64,000 nucleotides of DNA from Klebsormidium nitens (lineage: Eukaryota > Plantae > Klebsormidiophyceae): assembly GCA_000708835.1 (NCBI GenBank), contig DF237087.1:1-64000 (forward strand), written 5' to 3'. Below, in pieces: positions 23,199-35,882 of the stretch. Position 1 is the first letter of the stretch. Every line of letters begins with the position of its first letter. A program made the translations under genes and the position numbers. Under the pieces are notes generated by a model, which was given only the letters and a program-made list of their open reading frames with translations, was not told where the DNA came from and did not search any database.

Positions 23199-26100
23199 CC
23201 CCCCCCTTCCCGCTCGCCAAACGACGACTCCGCAAATCCTGGCGACCCGCCTCCCCTGAAAGCCCCTCCAGAAGTCGCTCTTTGTTGCGAATTCAGCCCT
23301 TCTAGCACACCAGGATGAAGGCCCCCGCTTGCGGCCTCCTGTTGGTGGCTTGCCGCCTCGTTTCGAGGCGCGAAACCGCCCTGATCCGCGCGGTCTCTTT
23401 CCGTTCCAGAATGCGCCGGCTCGCTCAACCGCCAACCGGGCGAGCCCCCAAATCCTTGCGAACCCGGCGAAAGGCCGTAACCTATCCGGTCCAAACCCAG
23501 AAATGACCCATCTAACGAACTTTGCGCTGCATGCTTCTGTTCCATCCTTACAGGCTGCCCCCCCGAACTTGAATCCGAGGACTGCCCCGCATTCCCAGAC
23601 TCACGAAAGAGCGCTTCTAAAGTTTGTTGCAAGGCCCCCGGGCGCGGCACGTTTTGCAGGGGAGCGCTGTGAGTGCGCGTAATCGGAGGAACTTGCGCAT
23701 TGGCCCCCCCTCCAGCAGACGTGACCGGTGAGCCCGGGTTAGAGGCTACGCCCCGAAGTGGGTTGTTAACCGGGTTACTAACCCCTCCAGTTATCGCCCA
23801 GGCAAGCCCCGGGGATCCGCTCTGGAACTCCGTCTGGGCGTCCGGAAATTGCTGATCGGTTTGTGACCGCCCACCAAATGCCTCTCCCGCACCAAGAGAC
23901 TCCCGCGAACCCTCTCCAAACTGAAATCCGGATGAGCTAACGGCTGGGTTAACCACGGACCTTAAACTTTCGGAAACCGGCCGCTGGGCTCGAATTGAAT
24001 CCAAGAACTGCTGCTGTTGAGTTGAAGGTTGGGCGCTGCCGGTCAACCCCTGGTTAGCCGTTCTCTTAACCAGGCTAACACTGCGGGTTAGAGTCTCTAA
24101 CTGCGGACTCTGCTTTGCAGCCAGCACGTGCTCCAGCCGCTCTTCCAGGGGGGACTTTTTTGCGCCCGGGTTCGCCCCCCCGGCCTGCTCCAACACGCAC
24201 TTCTGCAGCGCCGAGAGGTGAGCTTCCGAGACGAGCATCGGCGCCGGCCGAGAGCTCGCCAGCATCTTCCGTTTGGTTTTCGGGCGGTGCACTGGAACCG
24301 TCCGTTTCGAGAGGCTCGCGGACAGGAGTTGACACAGCGGGAGGGCATTCACACCAAGGGCGCTCGCCACCGGGTCCGCCTCAAGCGAGTCGGATTGACA
24401 CTGGAAGTAGAAGCACGCCTGACTGTTGCTCGCGAAGCCAAAGCCGGTGTTAATGGCGTGCGTCCGGGGTGCGGGCCCTCCTGCGCCGAGGGCGACGATC
24501 AACGGCAGGAGGTGCTCGGGTGTGGGGTGCGCCAGATTGGCGAACGGGGCCTTGGTGCGGTAGTTGACAACGTCCTCGTACCTGCAGGCGGAGGTGTCAT
24601 GCACATGCGTCATCAACAGATTATCTACTTGGACCGGCATATGGTCCAGCCGAATACTCCGATTCAACAAGCCCCAACACTTGGACAGGTTAGCTTCTCG
24701 CAAACACTTCACTAAGGGCTGTCACAGCAGTTCCAAAAGTTCTACCTGTGCCTTCCTTCCCTACGAACTCTGGTGCTGATCCTTAGTAACGCAATCGGAA
24801 TCCTTTGCCGACAATGCGTCGTTCCTTTTAGCGAAATAATCCCGTCCTTGCCTTCTTCTCGACATGCGCAGTTGTGACATTTGCGTCCTGAACGCCAACC
24901 TTACATCAAACGCTTTCGATTGTTGCTCAAGTGCAAGACAGTCTGAGAGGAGCAAGCAGCGAATCGACCAAGCACAGACTGCGGGCCGTCCTCCTCACCT
25001 CCCTTCCAGCAACGCCGACCGCAGCCACTCATCGAACGCCTGCGCCCAGATGGGGGCGCCGCCCGCCACATCTGCCCTCTCAGCCGCATGCTTGAGGTTA
25101 TGCACCGCTAACCCGGAGCCCATCACCAGATAACCCTCCTTGGTAAGCGGGGCCAGCGCCTGACCAATCTCGTAGTGGTGCGCCGCGGGCTTGGCCGGCT
25201 GGACGCTCATCTCGACGACGGCGACGTCACCGGAGGGGCACATGCAGCGGAGGGGGTCCTGAAACAGTGACGGGAATGATGTCACGATGATGGTGTCAAG
25301 CAGTCAAGACAATGGCACTTTTGAGGTCAGGGCACCTTTGGGGTCAGTCATGCACAAAGAATTGATGGCTTCAAAGGTACCTCAATAAAGCCCGACACAA
25401 AACGAAGAAATCGAGGAGCATGCTAGCTTGTACGAGAGCTACTGAGATCTTTCGGTTGTCCGTTTGAGCTTTCGAAGAGGAGGGCAGAAGCGCCCACAGG
25501 GAAGAACTTGCTGGGCTCGCTTACTCAGATAAGCACTGCTCGGGTCTATCACTGAAGGCCCCGATAGATCTTCGGGCCAGCCGGAAAGATGATGCAAGAC
25601 GAGACTCTTTACCTACCATCTCCGTTTGTGACTGCGTTTCTAGTGATTGCTGCCTTTCAACTCGAACCAGGGGCCCTTGTTGAGTGATTCCAGCAGTGTT
25701 CTCTTACAACGAAGGAGATCTCAGGCCTGTCATCATAATCAGGCTTTGATCTCAGCAACCAGTCTCAGACAACCAATCCAACTGGCAAATACTGCCAAGG
25801 ACAGGTTCTGACACTCTGCTTACCCATACTGCATGATCGATGCCCCGCGTGTGATTCAGCGTCACCTTCAGCCCCGCCACTTGAAGGCACTCGGCCGCCC
25901 GCCGCGCCAGGTTTGAATCCCCGGAACATCGAAAGTCAATCTGCGGATAGCGCCTCAATCTTTTAGCTCAAAGTGTTTTCGGAGGTGGGGGGTTGCCACA
26001 GACTGCCACACAAAATCAGGACTCTTTTCAGCTTTGCTTCGAGAATCGTTTCACCAATTGAGCCTTTAGAGGTGCGGGCGGTACTTTCGAAGGTGTGTAA

Positions 26101-26870
26101 ATCGAGGAACATCTACAAATGAAACCACCTGAGCGGACATCGATCTCTGAGGACTTTGTAGGCGGATCAGGAAGGAATTGGGGGAGGACGACCACACAAA
26201 GCAAACCAGAACTAGACGAGCCAAACCCACGACGCACCTGTGCGGGCCCCGCAGTGCCCTCATAGTCGGTCAGGGTCTCCGGGTTCCGTGTTGCCGTCAA
26301 GCATGGCTCGGCGGTTTCCCAGTGAGATGAGATGCACAGAATTGCGCGTGGCCGGGGCAAAGTCTGGCCCAGTCTAGTTAGGAACTTGTGGACGGGGATG
26401 CCGCCCTCGAGCAGGCTGGGGGATCCGTGAGCTGCACGACGCCGAAGAACTACTTCAACTTTTCGCTGAATATTGATGAGCAAAAACAGTGTTTTGTAAA
26501 CTTAAGGCATGTGATGAGATAGTTTTGGAGGAAAGAGAGAGCTAAAATACTGAGCGGCAGCTGAAGAGACAACACAAAGGCGAATTGCACCACTGTTGAG
26601 GGACAATCTGGAGCGAGAGAATGAAGATCATCATGATACAAGCAGCGAAAACGCGATGCAAACTCTTCGACAATCTGGGCAGCTGGAGTCCTACGGCCTT
26701 CTGCTTCCCGAAAGCACCTCTTTCATGTCACTAAATGCAACAGATTAGGAAAAGCAATCACAAAAAGCTCACAAACATCTGCAACCGTCTTCAGCAGCAA
26801 TATGCAAGAAGCTGATGAACAGCGCAGAAGACCCACCGACGAATAAGGTTCCCCCAGAGGCGCTCGACAT
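23183..26870 (-). CDS. DODA: LigB/4,5-DOPA-dioxygenase-like extradiol dioxygenase, paralog 1, with long low-complexity C-terminal extension
   Basis: Exons 26870-26837, 26431-26238, 25940-25824, 25258-24999, 24581-23183 in phase (667 aa as sequenced). Motifs TLFVAHGSP, ISSHWET, RGIDHAVW, GSGLAVHNL, AHPTPEHLLPL. The domain ends near aa 257 and the frame stays open for about 410 more codons. Confidence 0.9.
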
Positions 26871-27468
26871 GAGGCCGTTACAAACGGCGAGCGAGCTGGA
26901 TTAGTGCCCCATTTTCCAGCCAGGCTTGGTGACAGGCAGGTCTTCAGGGTCTTGTGTCGACATGATACCTACAGCCCCAAAGCTGGCTTCTGGATGCCCT
27001 TCTGCACTTAAATGATACCAGCTTTATGTATGAATCATGAAGAACTCTGCAGTGCATGCGCCAGAGTCACACCCGCACAGATCCCGAGTCGGCTTCAGAA
27101 AATGCAAGGAAGATGTTGGGCGTTCCGAAGATTCAAGGCGCGCAAGCAGGGGCGAGGGGAAACTTCGCTCGAGATCTCGCGCCGCTACTTGTTGCGCCGT
27201 TACCTCCACCGGCAGGTACCGGGGCCTCAGAATCCGATATATATAGGAAAAAAACTCCAGAATAGGTCCCCGGTAGAATGCCGGTTTCACAATTTTCCTG
27301 GTAAAGGTCTGACCTAGTTATGGTGCAGGAATGATCCCGGAACGCCCTTGACACAAACTTTGGTGGCACCGCTAGTTCTGTAGTTCAACGTCCATTTCCC
27401 GGGCCAATGATGCAGGCAGGGCCTGCATGGCCGCTCATGCCAATGGTCGATTAGCAGCTCTCGATGGC

Positions 27469-27609
27469 TATGTTGAGTTAGATCATGCCCGGGGGACGGG
27501 TGGGGTTGGTTTGGGGGTTTAGGGTGGGTACGGGTGCGTCGAGCATGTTAACTTTTGGTTTAGGTTTTTTGTTTGTTTGAGCCCAGGGACTGATCTATAA
27601 CTCAACATA
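27469..27609. mobile_element. Candidate MITE-like element: TA-bounded imperfect terminal inverted repeats around a G/T-rich core
   Basis: TATGTTGAGTTA (27469-27480) and TAACTCAACATA (27598-27609) are perfect reverse complements, with imperfect pairing continuing inward (GATCA..CCC/GGG..TGATC). The element starts and ends with TA. Confidence 0.4.
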
Positions 27610-28125
27610 CATCCAAGTCAACATAAAATCGAAACTTATCTGCCGCCGTACATCGAGCCGCCCTAGCTCAATGTGAAAGACGAATGCAGAACGTGATGGG
27701 GCCCGACGTGATACGGGTTGCAACCAAGCGTAATAGCTGCCATCTTAAAGATGACGTATCTTGGGCCCGACAGCGATCAATGTTTGACCGTACATTGCAC
27801 GTATAATTGGAGGGTCAATGATCGCATGTACGCAATCTTTAGATCGCGGCCGAGCAACACTTGAAGGCGCCGGGCAACAATTGAAGGCCCCAGCCCATTG
27901 GCAACAATTGTATCGGAGTATACTTTGGCTCTCTTTTGCAATCAACCGAGCGCGAAAGCATTCAAAAACTTCTTAAGAGATGTTGCATGCCATGTATAAG
28001 ATTTAAGACCTGTCGTAACGTCACATATCGTACTAATCAGCATTCTCACATACCACTATCCTATGCTTTCCAACGTAAATAGGAGGCAACAGAAGCATCA
28101 CAGGCGCGACGCAAGTATCTCAATG

Positions 28126-31100
28126 TCAACTTTCAGCATTGTAATCAGTGAAGAATAAGGCTGTCCATAATGTTACGATCAACACCAACAACGCACTGCT
28201 CTCTCCTATCCGCAATGCAGAAGCTCCGTTGTCCAACTGAGCGTTGGCCCTATTCCTGGTCGATGCCGTTCCTAAAACAGGGGGGCCTACCGGTGCGAAA
28301 TCTCCTGTAACAACCAATGCATAAGGCTGCGGGCCTACGGCTACTGAGGCTCCTGCTATGACTAGACTATAATTACCTACCGAAGGAGCTTGGACTGCAA
28401 AACAAGGCCCGTGAGTTTGTCAGTCCTTCGGTCGGTTTGCAGAAGTCCCTTAATCTGGCTGCCCGAGACAGGATCAGAACCAGCCAATCGCAACGAGGTA
28501 TTACTCGTTTCCAAAACGACATAAGAACACTGCACGTACGAGACATAACAGTTTCTTTTGCACACAGTCGAGAGGAGCACGACTAGCCAGTCGTGGCGTG
28601 CAAGAACGCATGCTCCGGAGCTCGTCTAACCTCAGGCCAGCGCCCCCAAAGCGTGCTTTCTCCAAAAGACCGTTGAGAAGCACTCCTCAGCACCTCGGGC
28701 TGAACAAATCTCAACCTGACACACTCAACGAGATCAAGACCCGACTTAGATGACACTAGAACAGTGACGTCAGAACTGTGACGTCAACCCAAAGCCCCGC
28801 TTACTTGTGATCTGTTCGACGTTGTTTGACGTGTCGGGGCTGCTGCGGCCGTTTGCGAACCACGTGGTCCCGTTTGGATCGACGATGTTCAGATCCAGAT
28901 CGTGGATCATGGGGAACAGGCTGTTGGGCGCGGCAGCGGGATCCGTCCAGACCTGCTCGGATGCACGTTGTTTGAGGGTGCATATTTCTTATCTTCCATT
29001 ATCTTTTTTTTTTTGGGCTTTCCCACTCTCGTAATGTTTGAAAGACGGCCGGACTTCTCTACGATCGTGGTGAATATTTAGAAAAGCGGATCAACGACGA
29101 ATCCAAGATTCCGAAGGGCGTCCGTTTGAAGCGCAAGCCTCTAGTCGGATCACGGCGCCTGCGATTGATATGACCAAGGACGCCTCTAGACAGCGTATTT
29201 GTGAATGATTACAATAAGAGTCTAGGCGTGTCAAAAGTGGTTGGCCGATGGGACATGAACTAAAAGCGAAGCGTTTCGAAGTTGAACCCTAAGGTTGCAC
29301 GTTTGGAGCTTGTCTAGAGGGCAGATATCAGCGAATTCAACAGCCTCGTTCCTCAAAATACCCTCCAGAGACTTGTTGTGAAAGTTGTCAAATCTTTCTG
29401 ATACTACCAGTCAAGCAAGCTCATCGAACCCCCTCTACATATGTGCACCTCTAGCCACGGGCAAAACCGCAAGCAGAGCAGAGGACGCCAATCCCTCCGC
29501 AAAACTAAGTGAATGCAAGCCAAGTCGTAGACAGGAAAACGCCCTGCGTTAACAGAGAGGTCGAGCTTTCCAACAACACACCAACATCTCGGGTACTCAA
29601 GGACGATACGAATCAGACGCGAGAATGCTTCTCTCACCATCGTTGCCCTTAGTGCCTTCTTGCTGCTCCTGACTGTCACAATGTAGGTGTGCGCCTGTCC
29701 TCTTGTTAGCACGGAACCGTCGGCCCCCCCGTTTCGAACGTATGTTGCGATCGGCTGGGCGGCGGTCGGCGTGGCCGCGAAAGCGAGCACGGTCTCAAGG
29801 ACGGGTCGCCCGAAGCCTGGGTTTGGATCAAGGGTTAGTGCTGACCAACGTGGCTCTTTGAGTTCTACAAACAAGCAATCTAAGTTGGTCATACTATTGT
29901 CCACCAACAGTCACACCCGTTGCGTTACGGCATAAGTTGGCAACCGAGTCAATCTTCAAGTCCCCATGCTGAGAGCTTATCCATGTGCTGCATTCAAAAG
30001 CATCGTCGAACTAAGTTGAAAATCGCACCCTCGTTTCCAGAAAACTCCTACATGTGGAGCAGAGTCCACTGCAATGCTGAAGCCTTTGAAAGGCAATTTC
30101 CCTGGCGACGGTAGCGATGTGAATGCGCTCACCTTGGATCGGGTCTGGCGGCGTCCCCAGCTGTCGCAGGTTGCTGCTGGGGTCCAGGTACTGGGTCATT
30201 GCAACGCAGCTGGAGATGAACAGGAACAGCAATCAGAGGCTGACACGTGGACAGAGATCCTCAGATGCTCGCCACCCAAGAGGCCTTTCTGGAATCTGAT
30301 ACGACTCGCAAACCATTGGCAACGTCTTCAGGCTTTGGTTGTTTCAGAGATTTGACGGCTTAAAGCACTCTCTTTGTGTCTGATGTACCTCGCGCTTCGC
30401 AACGGTTCAGGATCTTTCCAACGGCACAGCAAACCCCAGTTGGCGGAAGAGGAACGGAACGGTAACGGGACAAAAACGGATCTTGTGCCCCCTGTCCCAG
30501 AATGCCGACTGATGGACCGCTTACCTGTGGATGAGCACGGCTTTGACCAAAGCTGCGCTGGGGCCAAGACTGGATGCAGGGTCAGGGGAACCTGCACACA
30601 GGGGAAAAGCATGGGCTTTAACTATTTGCTGCATTCACTGCTGCAAAACCGACTAACATCAGCAGGACGAATGCCGGTCACCGAAGAAGGATAATCAGAC
30701 AAGGCGGCAACTTCTAGAGATCCTAAACTGGGTTTCAGCAAGCTGTATTCAGCGGCTTTCAGAGGGAGAATCTCTAAGCGAAGTGCGGAGGCACAATCAA
30801 AAGCTACGGGGCAAGCCAGGGGCCGCTATGCAGCCCGACGAGCCTTTCAACCGCGCCACAGATTATATGATCTTTAAAAGGATGATTTTTGTAACATCCT
30901 CCAACAGCGAGAAGGATGTGACGTGAACGGATGTTATCCCGAGACCAGAGCCCAATGAAGATGCTCGAGAAGGTGCGCAAAGCAATGTGAGTCACCTGAG
31001 GGGTAGTAGCCTTCCCGAAAGTACTGCCGCACCAGCGCGGCCAATCCGGCAACCACGGGCGTCGCCACTGACGTCCCCTGCACGTCGGAAAGGAGCGGTC

Positions 31101-34100
31101 AGCACTGGAACCTTCACTACGTCACATGCTGGCAAATGCCTCAAATTTACTCGATTCATATCAGCTCATGAGAGACTGCTCTCCTTGCTAGCTTCTTCGC
31201 AGAAAGACAGTGGCTCAACCTAGATCGCAGATTTCGGGCGGGACGGTGCTCAGATCGAATCCCAAAAGTACTTCCCGACCGCCTCAAGTCACCCATATCA
31301 ATTGCTTTTGCCAGAGGCCACGAGCTCCAGTAAGAGATCAAGAACAGCAATCTTGTGTAGGGCACCCCTGCTTTCCACCAACCTTGCGCCGACAGAATGA
31401 GGCCTAAGAAAGGACAGACACTTGAGAGTCGTGAAAGCCGAGAAGGTTGTCTCTGGAAGGTAACGCTGAGCTGGCCGGCGCAAGATTCATCCAGACGGAC
31501 GTCCGAACCCCACCTGCTGCGCGTCCATCTGACAGTCGGACGCCGCTGTTACGCCCGGCTGGCCGTACGCCGAAAAGATGGGCATCCCCGGCGCCACCAG
31601 ATCCGGCTTGATGCGCCCGTCTGTGGTGGGGCCCCGGCTGGAGAACGGTGCGACGGTCCCCTGGTCTAACTGCTGCCCGAAGCCGAGCCCGGGGTTCTGC
31701 TGCTGGAGTGCCGCGAGCTCGTTGAGGGACGCCCCCACCTGGAAAAATGACGACAGCGGAACAGCAGGTAGGTACATGCCCGACGTTAAGCTTTTGGAAC
31801 AACGTCAGCGGACAAACGGACTTGGTGCACAATCGTCTTTCTGTCGTTCTGTATGCTGGCCCGGGGCGTTCTGCTACCGAAGTGCCGTGTGAGGGTTCAG
31901 GGACGCTCCCAACTGTGAGTTGACGTGAGCGGATTAGCAGGCAGTTAGCTCAACAAAGAACAGAATTGGGCGCACGCCTATCAACAAGGCGAACAGCAAT
32001 GCGCAACCTGAAAATGTAAGAAGCGCAGCAGCATGTCTTAGACGGACGAAGCTCGTACGAGGAGTGTGTGATAGCGTCTGCAGGCGGACCAACACGTTTG
32101 TGGTTATCATAGCCGCCTGAAGATGGGGAAGGTGAGTCGTAAAGCCAGAACATATGTACGTTTCAGAAACTTGTCGACTGATCTTTCGACTGGAATCCTC
32201 AGAGAAGGCAAGCAACAAGACTCACTCGACCTGTGAAACCGATTCAAAGATTCGAATCTCACCGTAAGGCAGTTCTTTGCATTCCCAGGGCTCGAGATCG
32301 TGAACGTCCCATTGTCGCCATCGTTCCCCGCCGCAAACACCGTCAAAAAGTCTGGATTCTTGTACATGTAATCGTCCACATCCCGGGCGTCCGATCCGTA
32401 CCCCTCGAAGGAGGACCCCCAAGAATTTGAATGCACGCGCGCGCCCGCCTTGAATGCGAACGGGAACAGGTTCTGACGGAGGGATACAGGGGCGGCCAGC
32501 GTGCTGGCGGAACCGTAGCCCATATCGAAGAACGCTGCAAAGAGATGCGGCAACCTCTTAAAAAAGGCCTCAAGAGGGAGGGTTTGCAAAACGATGTAAT
32601 ATGACCAAAATGTAAGGTAAAAGTATGAACCGGGACCCTTGCAATATCATGACAACACCACGACGCTGTCCCGAGATAGATTGTTTCGGGCGAGATGTCT
32701 GATCTGCTTTGCCAACCACGAGCACTTTATTGCCTTAAGACCAGTTCTGCATTCGTAGGCTGTCTGTGGCTCGAGGTAAGACGGCTTGATTTTTAAGTGC
32801 AGCTTACAATGTCAATCTTCTTCATCAACAATACTGAAACAGTTGCTGAAAAACGGGTTACGAGGTGGTTGTGTCCGCTGTTTAGCCTCATCCAAGGCTT
32901 GCATTAAAATGAAGAGACGAACGCAAACCCCAGGACGGGCTTTGAGATGTGGCAAACGGCTGCCCTCCAACCGAACTCATGGCAGTCCGGCCTCCTACGA
33001 AAGAATGCAGGGCATCCACTATAGCACACATACCAATCACCCAAGTATGAGTTGCCATACGCACGGACCTCCGAGGACACTGTTCTCGTAGCCTCACCAA
33101 TCTTCGCCCCCGGCGCCATGCCCGCATATGGATGCAGTCCCACAAACGTGTTCCCCGCCAGTGTTCCCGCAACGTGCGTGCCATGCCCCCCCGCCCCGCC
33201 ATCGGTGTTGTCATCAAACGTGATGTATTGGACGACCTTCCGGTGGAGCGGGTCGATTTGGTTAAACGGAGTGGGGCGGTCCTCGTCCAGAAAAAAGCAG
33301 TGGTTCATCTCAATGCCGGTGTCGGCGAGGCCGATGACCTCGCCCTGGCCGAGAAGGCCTGAGGAGAAGATGGGGGTGGAGGCACCGCCGGTGCTCTGCA
33401 CGCGACGGGTAAAAGCACAGGGGATCAGACCAACATAGAAGAGCAATTTGACGACTTTGGAAAGATAATTCAGGTCTTGACTTATTGGAGAGCCAAGAAC
33501 ACTTCAAAGAGCAATGACAGCAACAAAGTGGTACGCACTGAGCGGTAAGAAGCATTGTGCCCCGTAGGAGGGGACGCTTCGTAAGACTTTGCGTCCAGTC
33601 TTCGCAACCGGGTTCCATGCGCGTGTCCGCAACTGGTTGACTTCCAGCTGGAGTTAAGCACCCTTTTTGCTGTTGGCAATCACAAAGCTCGTTTCTGCGC
33701 CACGGCCAACCTAGTCGCTGAAATAGCAAAGGTGCATATCAAGCCAGTGCAGTGCCCAAAACCACAGCTTTGAGCAGGATTCAGAGGCCGTTTCTACTTG
33801 ATTCTGGCGAAGCGACCCCCTCCCCCAACAAATCCCAAGGAAACTTTTTCTGAAATGGTACTCAGTTGTAATGAGGCGTCCCAAAAAACGTCACCAAGGA
33901 CACTCCCTCTGCTCCAGTAGATCTCAGACATACCTGGACCACTTGCTTCGCCCACTTGTTCAGTGGCTTGAACGCCTTCTTAATCTCAACAGCCAGTGAC
34001 TCTGGTCTGGCCGCCAGCCAACTAACCGCCGACTCCAACCTTGATGCCAAGACCGGTCCGCAGACAACCGCATCCGTGTCTTCCGCAGAGCACGAGACTA

Positions 34101-34772
34101 GGACACCATCGCTACAGGCGAGATCCCCCTCCGGCGTACAAGAGAAGTCCCTGGCAACAGCTGCGCCTCTCAGGGCATCTTCCCAAGCACCCGCCCAGCT
34201 CTGAGCTTCTTCCAAGCTGGCTACTGCCCCTTCTACTAAGACGACCTTCAACGTCTCTGGCTGCTCTAGCAGGGAGTCAGGCTCAGAGCTTGGTGAGTAC
34301 TCCTGCAGCGCCAGTAGCTTGGCGCCCAAATGAGATGGCTCAATTTTCAGGGTCTGGGGCACTGCCTGAACGTGCTCCACTGCTTCATCCCGTTTCAGTA
34401 CCTCTGCATCCTTGCCTGACAGATATGCCATGAACCAATGCACGTCTCCTGGGCCTGGAGCGGACAAATGATGAGCACTCCGTCCTACCAGCTCAAGCAC
34501 TCTTCCGGTGGAGTTAGTGTGGCTGCCAATCAGGTACAGCCACCTGGCAGAGGACGATGTCAGCTGCCCTTCCAAGTCAGCAGTTTCTTGAGCAAGCGCT
34601 CGATGCACGCGGTTGACTAAGGTGCTGGGCGAAGTCCTGTCAGCAGCCGAGATCCTGCTTATCAAAGCCTCCCTGACATGTGTCTCTGACCAGCCTGTGC
34701 TGATGAGGGACCCCCACTCTGCGGCGCTTAACCTTCGGCGACCAACCGTTGACTCCCCCAGCTCTCCTGGTG
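28126..34772 (-). CDS. Subtilisin-like S8 serine protease of the KP-43/Dictyostelium Tag type, with prodomain and C-terminal hydrophobic anchor; 5' exon(s) unresolved upstream of 34772
   Basis: Exons 34772-33934, 33395-33098, 32534-32263, 31738-31514, 31077-30996, 30591-30525, 30209-30133, 29816-29638, 28952-28805, 28394-28126 in phase. Catalytic Asp (LADTG), His (HGTHVAG), oxyanion Asn (FAAGND), Ser (GTSVATP), plus SSRGPTTDGRIKPD, QGFGR, VWTDP, NNVEQ and GPQPYALVVTG. Confidence 0.92.
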
Positions 34773-35882
34773 CTGCATACAGGGACAGAAGCAGCACAAT
34801 TGCGTGCGCTTTTTGCAAAGCAGTTGCTCTCCAGCAACTTCCGATGGAGATACACATGATTGCAGTGTTTGCAGCTTACTGATCAGTACAATCTCGTCAG
34901 AGGGATTGGAAAGCCCAAAGCCTCAGGACGCCCATTGCACATAATCTGCATCGTATCGACTTTTGGAGAGGCCAGGTAGAGGATAGCCTTTAGAAGAGCT
35001 GCGCCTTCAACACGTACGCACTCTTTTTCCCTGCAAAGCTCTTGCAGAGGCAATGCAAGCGGGTAGACGGTAGGATAGGCACTTGTCTGGCGCCTGACTT
35101 GTGCAGCCTGGATCTTGCTGAAATCAAACAGCCGTTCCTCGCTAGTTCCGCCGGAATGGAGTTTCGGCGGCTTTTCACCGGAATCCGCCTGGAATACTAG
35201 TATGTAACCCGGCACGCGAAGTCCGGCGGCGACGCACTGCTGGCGCGCAGCTTTTCCTGTCCCACATGTCTCTTTCTTTCTCTCAAGTTCCGATGCTCGA
35301 CAGCTAGGCTCTTGCAAACTTACTAAAGCACGTTACACAAGATGTTGCCTTCTTGCATGTCGGAAAGGTCTGATTGCAACATGGAAACGGTAGCATCCTT
35401 ACAAGCGATTGGTGGTTGATCGATCAGGTTTTGATCATGCACTTTGCAATCAGTATGAATTTACTGTTGCTTCCGGTCCAATTCGATGGCGTCCTGATTC
35501 ACCTACAACTGGCCAACTTTCTTGCAACGGCTGGCAGGCTGCTGATGCACCGCACGTAGACTTGCCCTATCAGAAATGACGAATCGCTTGCTCAACAATG
35601 TTGTTGCAAGAGGTCAATGGGTGTGACTCATCCACAACAATACGAATGAGGTAAATTTGCTAATGTAGACGGTCACGTTCTACTCCAACAGGAAACGACT
35701 TCTATTGAAGGGACGCTACACAAAAGTTAATCAATAATAATCTTTCCTAATTGGGATATCTATCTTCCCATTATCCAAAGCTTTCGACATTTCAACACCC
35801 ATGGTCTGGATTCATCTGGAAAACAAGCGCATGCTCGAGTCGCTAGCCAAACTGAATGTTCTCAAGCACGAACGACCGTAAG

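Noticed and set aside
34883-35317. ORF as first exon of the subtilisin
   Set aside because: No signal peptide, and I could not find a phase-1 donor linking it to 34772; left unresolved rather than annotated.
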